This document shows positions 13,406-24,050 of a stretch of 64,000 nucleotides of DNA, piece after piece. Made by a program: the position numbers and the translations under genes. Each line of letters begins with the position of its first letter. The first letter of the stretch is position 1. This DNA comes from Psammoneis japonica. Lineage: Eukaryota. The notes under the pieces were generated by a model that had not been told where the DNA came from, did not search any database, and worked only from the letters and a program-made list of their open reading frames with translations. The DNA is taken from the NCBI GenBank assembly GCA_008632985.1, contig QPGO01000162.1, positions 62,001 to 126,000 of the forward strand. Direction: 5' to 3'.

Positions 13406-14369
13406 GGTCAAACATTCAAGGCTGCCAGAGAAATGATTTAAGAAACTTCTCTTTGGTCACACCCTTGGAGGCCAATGAACTCTCAAACACAGAGTGTGGT
13501 TGAAGCAAAAGGCAATTGTGTTTGGTTGAGCAGTGTGCCAAAAGAGTGTGGTTGCTGTGGTGCCACTAAATTCTGGTTCAGTTGCATTTGGGCCAATCTG
13601 AACAAATGAAGAAACGGCAAATGGGTTGTTCCAACAAGTTGACTTGTTGCTGTTGTTGTTGGGATCTGAAGCAGAAATTGCCAACTTTTGAACTTGTGGC
13701 AGGTGTCCAAAATCATGATCACCAACGCAAGATTTTTTTCACTCCATTGATTGCAAGAGCGGCAAAGTTTTCTCCAAAAGCATCATTCTCAGCTTCTGTT
13801 TTCCTGACAGCATTGTGGAATGAGTTTGAAGTGCTGTTGTTGGTGAGAACATGGCAGCGATTCATTCTTGATTGAGTGATCCATTGTTGTGCACTTCATT
13901 GCACCCCCTGCTGCAAATGTCCACTGCAAGATTGGCGAACATCTTTGCCTTGCAGTCCGTTGGAAGCCTGTCGCATGCAGCAAGACAAAAGCGGTGTCTT
14001 CGGTTTCGCCATCATCAAAACTGTGGCTCTTGTTGCACTGGGTTTCAGCCGAATCATCCAACGGCAACTTGCGAGTCGTCATCAAGAGACTTTCTTAGCA
14101 CTGTGTCAATCGAAATAAAGGGTAAACAACGCAGCTTTTTGGGGCGGAGCATCATCGCAGTTGCCGCTGGCACGATGATTCATCCGGGTTTTTTTAGCAT
14201 GGTCACGTATCACGTACTGTGGGTGGCAGGGTAGGGCCCTCTACTACTAGATTTCCAAGATGAGCATGAGCGCGGCTGCTGTCGTTTCATTGCAGTTTCA
14301 AGTTTCATTTACCCTCTCCAGTACCAACAAAAGAACGTATGTATCGCAGTGATAGTTAGAGGATCAGTC

Positions 14370-16675
14370 ATGGACAGCGATAGCGATGAAACTTGGTTGC
14401 AATCTCCCAAGAAACAAAACCTACCTGGTCGAGAACGAAGTCGTTCATTCGCCCCGCCGCTTCGTCTCGCTTGGCCTGGCGGTGGCGCAGGTGTCGGAGG
14501 TGTAGGCCAGCCGGCAGCTCTGTGTACTTCTCAAAGTCAGAAGTCTAATGATGTATCTCCTTCTACAGCTCCGACGTATGGTGTTGCGTTAACGTCACGG
14601 GTGGCATCTCGCGACAATAAGAGGAGCCACAAAAGAAAACGCACTTTGCAAGACACTGATACGAGGAGAAACGAACAAAGTTCCACATTGTGGGTTGAGA
14701 AATATGCTCCTCGTGATTCCAAACGCTTGTGTGTGGCTCCCAAGAAAGTAAAGCAAGTTCGTTCTTGGATAGAGGAATCGCTGCAGCAACATGATGATGA
14801 CAGCCATTCAACTGCGATGGTTCTAGTGGGAAGCCCGGGTGTGGGCAAATCGACAATGATTCGCGTCCTTGCAAATGAAATGAACCTTAGGCTACAGGAA
14901 TGGAACGACCCTTCCTTTTTTTCTCATCGCAGCATCATGCAGGACGGCATGCTTTCAGTGAACCACTCAAGCGCGTTGTCTAGCTTTCAACAATTCTTGC
15001 GTACGGCGGGCCTCGGATATCAAACTGTGTGTTCATCTTCAATAGCAGAATCCCTCCCTAAAAAGCAAAACCGAAAAGGAACAGGGAATGATGCAACCTT
15101 TGAGGGAAAGTCGATCATACTTTTAGAAGAGGTACGGTACTCAACCGTTGCTCCTCTCGTTGCCGTACCGTGAGGGTCACATTTCTCACCTGTGTTTTTC
15201 TCGTTGCTAAAACTTGACATGCATGCAGCTGCCAAATCTGTTCAATTCAGACGCAGAGGAAACATTTAGGTAAATCTGTTTTCTGTTCACTGCCTATACA
15301 CGTTCACGGGTGCAGTAGAGCCGACAGTTTAAAACTCACAATTTCCTTGTGATTCAATAAATTCGCTCAGAAACATCATGAGCGAACACATTGTGCAGTC
15401 ACAGGTTCCCACAGTTCTGATCTTTAGTGACGTTTGTGAAGGCAAGCATAGACCTGCTGATCTTGAGCGATTGATACCACCAAAGCATCTGTACTCTTCC
15501 TCTGTTGAAATTGTGCAATGCCATGCGGCAACGAAGGCACGGATAAAGTCAAGCTTGGATGAAGTTGCCAAGGGAGAAGGTATGCCTCCGCTATTGGCAA
15601 CTGAAGTAGAAGAAATACATCTGTCAAGTGGAGGAGATATTCGCCATGCCCTCATGTCACTTCAGTTTCGATTGGGCGGCTCTCGATCTCGGCGTACACA
15701 ACCGTCAAATCATGTCTCTCTGCGCGAATGGAAAGGACACGATAGAGACACGAGGCTATCGACTTTTCACGCTCTTGGAAAACTCCTGTATGCGAAACGA
15801 GAGCTCCCGCCGACAACTTGTGAGACTGTCTCACGTAGTAAAGCAAGCATGCTATTGGAGGAACGCCCTCCGCTGAAATTTGATCCAGAGTCCGTAATGG
15901 ACGAAAGCACAATCAGTCACAGTGGTGCCCTTACATTCGTACAGCATCATTGTCCGGAGTTCTTTACGGATATTTCTGAATTGAGCCTGGCTTTTGGTCA
16001 TTTTTCTGACGCGGCCATGTTTTTGGACAGGTCCATGGATGTGAGTGGTTTTGTTTGTATGCGAATAAAGCGCTTCTCTGATATTCTCATGATTTCGGGT
16101 AATTGCATTTATGTGTGCGTGTTTAGACGCAACGAGATCACGGCGACACCATTTATCCTCTGGGTTATGTTTCGTCCTTGGCCGGTCGTGCCGTTGCAAA
16201 TGCAAATCGAAATCCCGCACCTAACAAATTTCGGTCCTTCACCGCCCCCAAAGTGTTTGAAGTAATAAAAAAGGGCCGAGGTAACCGGCTTTCAATGCAA
16301 CAGCTTTGTCAGCGTCTGTCTGTAGGAACTAATATACTGCCTCTGGACGCCAGTTTGGGATCCTCGAGGCCTTTTGTAGTTGACTGTCTGCCTTTCATGA
16401 GATCCATAGTCCCCCACGGTGAGTGACGGACTTGCGCATGAATGATCCAACGCTTTATTCCTCGTGCTTACGTTGTCGCTTTTGAATTGTTCTGGGATCC
16501 CCTTGTCCGTACAGAAGTAGATACTTCCGTGAACAATTTATTCTCATTCGTGAGTCGAAAAGAGACCGACCGCGATTCGAAAAACGTTGATGAAGCGTTA
16601 CAGAATGCAATTCTTGAACAAAACAGAATTCTTGCAGCCGATGACATTGTCGACGACGACGACGGCTCTTTTTGA
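14370..16675 (+). CDS. RAD17: Checkpoint clamp loader RAD17; exons ~14370-15131, 15229-15269, 15371-16040, 16127-16418, 16515-16675
   Basis: LWVEKYAP...LCVAPKKVKQVRSWI, Walker A GSPGVGKS, ILLEELPNL, GDIRHAL and FHALGKLLYAKR. Canonical introns restore the frame. Confidence 0.9.
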
Positions 16676-16782
16676 TGGATGATATCTTTGTGGAACAAAC
16701 TCTAGAGCTTCCATCACAATGGCGAGATTCAACGAGAGAAGTAAGGGACACGCATTCCTGTATAAAGACGGAGCAGCACGCT

Positions 16783-16819
16783 TTCTCTAGTTCTCTCTCT
16801 CTCTCTCTCTCTCTCTCTA
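16783..16819. repeat. (CT)n microsatellite
   Basis: Run of CT dinucleotides. Confidence 0.9.
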
Positions 16820-17317
16820 GTTGATGTGTTCGATTCGCAAGAAAAATACAGAGAGCCCAGACTCGGACTAGCAAGCTCGTCCTTGTGTTCTATGACATTG
16901 CCATCTCCAAAGGACAAGTCACAATCCCTTTTGTCGCGTAAGTCGCATGATGGCTCGACGGCGGTACGCGGTACTGGCGAGCCGTAGAAGTTGAAGCATT
17001 TAGTCACAAACTTCCGTTGTTTATGCAGCTAGCTACTCCCCCTTTTTCAATATTCGCCAAAGCAACAACCTTACTACCTACAAAAAGAATGAGTAATGAA
17101 TGCCTATAGTGTTATTTGTCGACAAAAGCACAGTTGGTATCTTCCGCAAAAGAGAGCGGCGTGGTGGTACTTTATTGTTTGAATAAGGAAGAGATACTCA
17201 AGACTAAAGCACCAAAGAAAGACAAAGATACTCAACGATTCGAGTAACCATTGTGATCAGTCACCTCTTCAGCTGTTTTGGATTGTTGATTCATTCAATT
17301 AGAGCGATTTCGCCTTC

Positions 17318-17710
17318 TTAGTAATCGAGAAACACAAACTTGAATACGAAAAAAGTTACAGCAACAGAAAGGATGGTTGCAGCCACATACGGAGCAAGGT
17401 ATCCAGAAAAACCCTTGCCATCGAATCCGGGTGTCGTTTTAATGTCATTCGAGCTCTCGGTGAACATTGACAGATCTTCTTCATCAGAGTTGCTGCCCTT
17501 CTTGGAAAAGAGTCGACTTTCACCATGCATTCGGTGTTTCATCCCTTTCTTACGATCTCGTCCAATGGCCACTGAAATGCTTCGAGACATTACCAGTACC
17601 GACACCTCCCGAGGAGGCGGAGCTACACAGAAACCAGTAGCTGGTGCACCGCTGATAAGAGCAAACGCAACGACCAGTAGGAATGCTAGACGGGCAGACG
17701 ACAAATCCAT
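17318..17710 (-). CDS. Small hypothetical protein with signal/transit peptide and C-terminal TM helix (probably plastid)
   Basis: MDLSSARLAFLLVVAFALISGAPATGF leader and C-terminal GYLAPYVAATILSVAVTFFVFKFVFLDY. Confidence 0.6.
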   Translation of the reverse strand: MDLSSARLAFLLVVAFALISGAPATGFCVAPPPREVSVLVMSRSISVAIGRDRKKGMKHRMHGESRLFSKKGSNSDEEDLSMFTESSNDIKTTPGFDGKGFSGYLAPYVAATILSVAVTFFVFKFVFLDY

Positions 17711-18154
17711 GGTGATGCGGTTGGCGATGCACGATGATTGCCTCTGGTCAAACAAGACAACAAGATCGCCACTCAAACAACGAGTACAGTAAGGACTGCA
17801 CTACAGCGACCTCTCATTTGTTGGAGCGGGGAGCTGGATACGGATGCAACTTCAAACTTGGAACGAACAGCATTCCAGCATGCGCTTCATGGGCAAGGCG
17901 CGGGACTAATCTGAATCGATGGCGAAACACGACTAAAATGTTCTGTTTCAGTCGAATGAGTCTGCTTGTGCCACTTCCATTCATTTTTTATTATTTTTTT
18001 ATTTGCCTTCTTCCAGCTTCAGCCGATGAGCTCTTGCAAGTCCATCTAACGACGACGACAAACAGAATCATTCGTTAGTGGATCACACTCGTTCGGTGAT
18101 TACTCTCACAACGCACAGGATCTAGGGTTGTACTCTAAGAGTTTCTGTTTGAAA

Positions 18155-19345
18155 ATGTCCCAACGAATTACTCAGCCGGTTCAATCAGTCAAGCTCACCA
18201 ATGTTGCAGTCGTGCGGATGAACAAGGGAGGAAAGAGGTTCGAGATTGCGTGTTACCGAAACAAGGTGATGAACTATCGACAGGGCTTGGAAACAGATCT
18301 ATCCGAAGTGCTACAGACAGATCGTATCTTTACAAATGTTTCCAAGGGACAGTTTGCCAACTCAGCGCAATTGCAAAAGGCTTTTGGGACGACGAATCAA
18401 GAAGAGATTGCCGTTCTGATTTTGCAGAAGGGTGTTTTGCAAGTGTCAGACAAGGAGCGACAAAACTTGCACGAGTCAACTGCCAAGGAAATCGCAAATT
18501 GGATTGCGGCTAATTGCGTCAATCCGGCTTCGGGGAGGCCGTACACACAGCTACAGATTCGGGATGCTATGAAGCAAGTCGAGTTCAAGGTGCATCCGAC
18601 AAAGAGCGTCAAGGCACAATACTTGGAATGCGTCAAACTGTTGCAAAAATCGTCAGTGTTGAGAATTGAGCGAGCGAAAATGGAATTGTGTTTGGATTGC
18701 ACGAATCATCTAGACGAACATGCTGTAATTCTAGAGGAACTGAGAAAGCTGGACAATGTCAACATAACATCTTCGGACGCAGACATCGTGTTATTGGTGG
18801 ATCCTAGTCTCTACCGCGACTTGTCTACAATATCGAAAAACTACAATGTACCTTTGGAGATTAAGCGGCAAGTGGTGACCCAAGAGGGTGATGCCAATTT
18901 GGATGTGGAGTTGCAACGAAAGAAGGAACAGCTCGAGTTGACACAAGACATGGAAAAGCTGTCTGTAGTGGATGATTTGCAGCAACAAGACGAGTATTCT
19001 CACTCTAGTAACGCACGAAAGAATCAAAAGAAGCAACAACAAAAGAGCAAAAAGGCAAGGCGACGGGAACAAGCCGCACTTGAAAAACAAAGGCAAGAAG
19101 AAGATGAGGAAAAGAGCTCGAACATCGCTCTGTCACAAAAACGAATCCCTACTGCCGACGCTTCCACCAAGTCTTGCAATACATGTGGTGGTAGCTTTGA
19201 TTCTGCAACACAATACCGAGCGCATTTCCGGACGGATTGGCATCGGTACAATGTCAAACTCAAAATGAAGGGCATGGCGGCCATTTCCGAGCAAGAGTTC
19301 AAACTCTGTGACGCGGATGCCTTCTTTTCGGAGGAGACTGTATGA
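18155..19345 (+). CDS. SBDS: Ribosome maturation factor SBDS/Sdo1 with C-terminal C2H2 zinc finger
   Basis: VKLTNVAVVRMNKGGKRFEIACYRNKV, IFTNVSKGQ, CVNPASGRPYT, and terminal CNTC...HFRTDWHRYNVK. Confidence 0.95.
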   Translation: MSQRITQPVQSVKLTNVAVVRMNKGGKRFEIACYRNKVMNYRQGLETDLSEVLQTDRIFTNVSKGQFANSAQLQKAFGTTNQEEIAVLILQKGVLQVSDKERQNLHESTAKEIANWIAANCVNPASGRPYTQLQIRDAMKQVEFKVHPTKSVKAQYLECVKLLQKSSVLRIERAKMELCLDCTNHLDEHAVILEELRKLDNVNITSSDADIVLLVDPSLYRDLSTISKNYNVPLEIKRQVVTQEGDANLDVELQRKKEQLELTQDMEKLSVVDDLQQQDEYSHSSNARKNQKKQQQKSKKARRREQAALEKQRQEEDEEKSSNIALSQKRIPTADASTKSCNTCGGSFDSATQYRAHFRTDWHRYNVKLKMKGMAAISEQEFKLCDADAFFSEETV

Positions 19346-19689
19346 TGAGATGTATTAGACGTTTGCAATAATCAAAGATCAGTCAAGTAGATGGGGTGGT
19401 ACGAAGCGTGTGGCTGTTCTCAGTTTTCGCATGTTACGCCCTAAATGAAATGAACCAGGCACTTCGAGTGGTAGGCTCTAACATAGAACATACTCTAGAG
19501 AGACGAAGTATTCACCTTGCATGCAGCACCAAGGATCTCGGCGAGTTAGCACTTTCTACTAGCTCCTACTTTACCGTTGCTAGCAGGCGCTCTTTGCTAC
19601 AAGTGTCTCTCTACTACTCGTAGTACCGGCAGCTAGGTTTATGTACAGGTTACCCACCATTATTATATAGAGCTACACTGTTAGGCCCT

Positions 19690-22620
19690 CTCTATTAGCT
19701 CTAGAGTTAGTAGAGTAGAGAGTAGAAAGGGCATCCCTTCCCGCGTCAAATCCCCTCTAGAGGAGCAGTGTGCAGGACAGATGGAGAGTGGCTGGTGAAA
19801 GTGGCAAGTTTGGGAGCCGGGCTTGTGGGTGCAGTGGGAGAGCCAACCAGCAAGGGCTTCGGTGATGGCAAAGCTGACACCTTGCAGGTCCCATTGAGAG
19901 GGTGCGGTTGGCATGACACAGGCAGCACCAAAAAGTAGGAGGAGAAGACTCCAGTGTCCATGTGTGGAGGCAGGTGGTGGTGGTGGTGGTGGGGTTGACA
20001 GTGCCTGAGGTGAAGGGCAAAGAGCAAGAGGCAAAAGCTCTGGAGGGTGCTGGAAGGAAGATTCAATTGTCCAAGGGGGTGCAGGCAGGAGGCAAGGGTG
20101 GGGGATGCTGCCACCAGAGGTGCTAAAAAAGAAAGCATCAGTGAGCAAAATGGCTGAGAGGACACCAGCACAGAAGGTGGTTGACTTTGAGCAGAAGAGC
20201 ACAGATGCCAGCATGGTTGAGGTGGTCAGCAGTGTTGCGTCTTTTGGCTCCCATGAAACTTTCTCTTTGCACTCTTGCTTGTGGTGTGCTGTGGTCAATG
20301 GGTTGCTGGCAGAGAGGGTGGGGGCAAGCTGGGAGTGGAAAAAGGAGGGGCAGTGACATGGATGGCAAAGCAGGTGTGTGAAGTGGGAGAGTCCCCAGAT
20401 GCTGTTGGAGTGAGCTGCACCACAACTTCAGCAGGGCACCTGAAGGGCGAATTGGGGAGGAGGTTGGTTGGCTCATGATCTCATGGATGTTGATGGAGAG
20501 TGCAGAGTTGTGCCCAAGGAGGGAGCACCAGCAGAGGAAGGCACAGTTGTCATGTGGGCCAGCTCATCCCTTGTAAGAAGGATGCTGGATTGAGGTGAGT
20601 CAGCAGGGAGAAATTGGGGCACAGCTTGCATTGCAAGATGGGTCAGAATGGGCCAGAGAGGAGTCTTTGTTCATTTGACAGAGCAGGCAAGAGAGCAGTG
20701 GAGGATTTGCAAACAGAGAAAGCAGGGACAGGGGGGCTTTCATTGCGCAATGTGTGGGGCCACTTTGCTGCAGAATGTTGAGTTGGCAGTGGAAAAGCAA
20801 GTGTGTGGTGCAGCTGGTGGGTGACATTTTCAAGAGCACAGATGTGCTCTTGGCAAAGAAGTGCTGCAGCAAAGATGATGTGCTGAACTCCAGGAACAGG
20901 AGTGGAGAAATGGCACAGGGCCATTGGAAGAGGCAACGGGGGTGCAGAAAGTGCCAGAAGCCTGACCAAGTGCCAAGGCAGCACACACAGAAGGGTGGAG
21001 GCAGGGATGGGACAGAGGGGATGCAAGCAGGGAATAAAGAAAGCAGGAAAGTTGAGATGTGCAGCCAACACTTCTCCCACCAAGGCCAGAACACCTCTCC
21101 CGCCAAGGCCAGAACATGGGAGAGGAGCAGTTCACAGGAAGGCAGAGCCCACGAGGCACCGCTGACAAAAAGCACGGCCATGCTGCTGGACTTGGTTTTG
21201 CTGGAAGGGTCAGGGCCAGTTGGAGGGTGCCGCTGGCCTGAACTTGGCACCAGCACCCACTGGTGGCAGAGCTGGCTTTGCCTGAGCCTGCCTTGGCCAG
21301 ATGGCAGCCAACTTCTGTGCCAACCTTGAATGACTGGTGGTGCCTTGCAACCTGCTTCCATGACACCCAGGCCAATCAAGAGCTCTCCTGCTGCCTCACC
21401 TCTGTGCTGCCCTCCCTTCTCACATTTGCTCGCACACTTGTCTGCTCTGTGATTTTGTCCAAGCCTGCCTTGGCCAGATGGCAGCCAACTTCTGTGCCAA
21501 CCTTGAATCACTGGTGGTGCCTTGCAACCTGCTTCCATGACACCCATGCCAAGAGCTCTCCTTTTGTCTCACCTCTGTGCTGCCCTCCCTTTCACATCTG
21601 CTCGCACATGTCTGGTCTGTGATTTTGATCTTGGTGCCCACAAACACACATGGGTTCAGGGTTGCCAGCAGGATTGAGAGAATGAGAGAGGCAGTTTTGC
21701 AGGCCCTCAGCACCAGGGGTGGCAGGCAACAGGTGAAAGACTGGGGTGGAGCTTGAGAGACAGAGAGGGCTGCAGCAGAGCTCAGTGCATGGAAGCCAGA
21801 TGCTGGCATCACCAAAAAGAGAGGTGCAAGAGTGAGGTGGCACTGGACAGAGGGAGACATTTGCAGAGCTTGGAGACAAGCGGCTTATGAAAATGATGCT
21901 GGCACTGGCTTGGAGAAAGAAGAGGACCAAAGAGGGCAACCTTGGGCAACAAAGTTTTGTGCTGCAAGAGCAAGAAGCACTGGGGGCCAGAGGGGTTGCA
22001 GCATCACCAGCGCAATTGTGGTTAGAGCAAGGAGGGTGGAAGATGGGCAGAAGTTAGAGCAGAGGGATGGGAGGTCACCATGCATGTTGAGAGTGTGGTG
22101 GTGACAAATGTGTTTCTTGAGCACTTGTTGAAAAAGTCAGTGAGGTCAAGGAGCAAGAGAGAGCATGAGAAGCTGGGGGAGGTCACTCAACATTTTGCAT
22201 GGGTGACATGTGCAAGAGCAAGCAGATGGGGAAGAGGTGCTCTGCGAGGGCAGATGAAGTGTGCGAGGTCAGCGTGCGACAAGGCTGCCAGCAATCCGCT
22301 GAAGGGCAGTGCACCAGCTGCATCCAACGGGGAGGGTGGAGTTTCATGAGGACAGAAAGGTCCTTGTGCAGAGCTCCAAAGCAGCCAGCGGAGACTGTGA
22401 AATGAGGGTTGGACTGCAGTGAAATGAGGGTTGGACTGCAGCAGGTGGGGGGCGCCGGTGTGTGGAAGAGCAGGCCAACTTGTGCACGTGCCCCAGCACA
22501 CAAGGCTCTGCTCTCCTCTCTCTCTCTCTCCTCTCTATGGCACTCTCTACTCTACCAGCAGCAGCAGCCACTCTACTCTCTAGTAGCCACTAGAGTAGAG
22601 CTCTGGCTCTAGAGCAGTAG
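19690..22620. mobile_element. Decayed repeat/TE block, family unassigned, purine-rich plus strand, depleted in TpA and CpG
   Basis: Almost no TA between ~19760 and 22530. Contains an internal tandem duplication and has composition similar to 42400-44000. Confidence 0.65.
21285..21628. repeat. Tandem duplication, ~175-bp unit x2
   Basis: AGCCTGCCTTGGCCAGATGGCAGCCAACTTCTGTGCC starts at 21285 and 21462. Confidence 0.9.
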
Positions 22621-23142
22621 ACGAGCAGACCACCCCCCACCGGCACTGTGTGGCAGAGAGAACACAGCAGAGAGAAACGCGTTTCTCGCCTGCAGTGTCG
22701 CAGTCACTTCGCAAAAGAGGGCATAACAATCAATTCTTCTTTCTGAATGACTTTGATTGTGTGGAAAACTCTTTTTTATTCACGCACTATATTTTTTATG
22801 TTTTTAAAATGCAATGTCAATGACTTTGAACCTAAGAATTGTGACAAAAGAAGCTCAGGCAAACTCACCTCAATGACTACTTGGTACTATGTACCATATA
22901 CGGTACTGTATTTCTCGTAGCCATATTCTATTTTGTCGAGGTCATGATATTTTAATTGGTGGGGTCATCATTTCCCTAATGTGTGTGTGTGGAGTCATCA
23001 ACCGAACCCCTCGCTGATCATGACTTTCTCGCGAAAAGGAAAGGAACACGATTACTCGTTGTGCAAGGCAAAACGCATCAAGTGCTCACAAAAACTCATT
23101 CTTGTTGCACGCGGTAGAACTCCAAGTCATTTTATAACAGAG

Positions 23143-23859
23143 ATGATGCACCGATATCTTGATCGAAACTCTAAAGAGACAACCAAATATGACGAAGGCA
23201 TTCCGATGGTTGTGCTTGTTCATTCTACGAGGCAAAGCGAGAGCGGCACGAGGGGGAGGGATAACAGCAGCTTCCGTGAATGGAAATCAAGAAATAGTGA
23301 CATGAAGATTCGACGACGTATGGTTATTTTCATTTTCAATCTTCTGAAGAAAATGAAGAGAAACCAGAGTGATTTCAACTGTGACATAAACCTCACGCTG
23401 GTCGCAAGAAAGATGGAGCGGTATCTCTACTACTGCGCCACCTCCAAGGACGACTATCTCGATAGAACTACCCTGAAGAAGAGACTCGAGACATTTGCCA
23501 TTGGAATGCAAATCTTTCTGTCTCAAGCGAATGAATCGAAAGAGGAGGTACCCGCTTCATATCATTGCGCCAAAACTTCATTCACCGCTAACTTAGCATG
23601 TGACGATTTGTGGCAGACAGCTTTGGACGAGGGCGATCGTCGTCGTTTTTGCAAAGATATCGAGGAAACCTTGGCTAAGATAACACCCATGGAACAGCAT
23701 GAGAATGCTGGGCGGGTGAAGAGGATGTCTATGAAGCTAGAAGAGTACCTTTATCAGTCTGCATTGACGAAGAAGGAATATCTTGACAAATCCACCTTGA
23801 AAAAACGGATCCAGATGGTTTCACGGGGTCTCAGGATCCACCAGGCTCGCCGTTCGTAA
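23143..23859 (+). CDS. Protein with two tandem KIX-like (Med15/CBP-type) domains; start codon uncertain
   Basis: Repeated motif W...D...RR......(K/R)(M/L)E.YLY..A..K..YLD..TLKKR. Confidence 0.75.
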   Translation: MMHRYLDRNSKETTKYDEGIPMVVLVHSTRQSESGTRGRDNSSFREWKSRNSDMKIRRRMVIFIFNLLKKMKRNQSDFNCDINLTLVARKMERYLYYCATSKDDYLDRTTLKKRLETFAIGMQIFLSQANESKEEVPASYHCAKTSFTANLACDDLWQTALDEGDRRRFCKDIEETLAKITPMEQHENAGRVKRMSMKLEEYLYQSALTKKEYLDKSTLKKRIQMVSRGLRIHQARRS

Positions 23860-24050
23860 CTGTGAGAAAATTGCATTGTAGTGTTGCATATCTTAATCTT
23901 AGATCATATTCTTGGACAGCTTTCGTTGCTTGTTGCCTTGTCATTTTCAACCCTTGACTCACTGGGAAAGTAAACGTGGACAGAATCGTTTCGGGGATTA
24001 ATAAAGGCAACTTGTGTAGTCTATAAATTACAATGTGTCGAAAATGATTG

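Larger units (their letters stand above)
8950..14230. mobile_element. Block of decayed repetitive/TE-derived DNA, family unassigned, depleted in TpA and CpG
   Basis: Very TG/CA-rich with rare TA and CG. Many overlapping Cys/His-rich, Tyr-poor ORFs, with internal tandem and inverted duplications. Confidence 0.7.

Noticed and set aside
8950..14230. Many 60-240-aa Cys/His-rich ORFs as possible metal-binding proteins
   Set aside because: They overlap in all frames and lack Tyr, which is explained by TpA/CpG conversion and stop-codon loss.
19174..19345. C2H2 zinc finger fused to SBDS as a novel fusion
   Set aside because: This extension is already known for SBDS in plants and several protist lineages.
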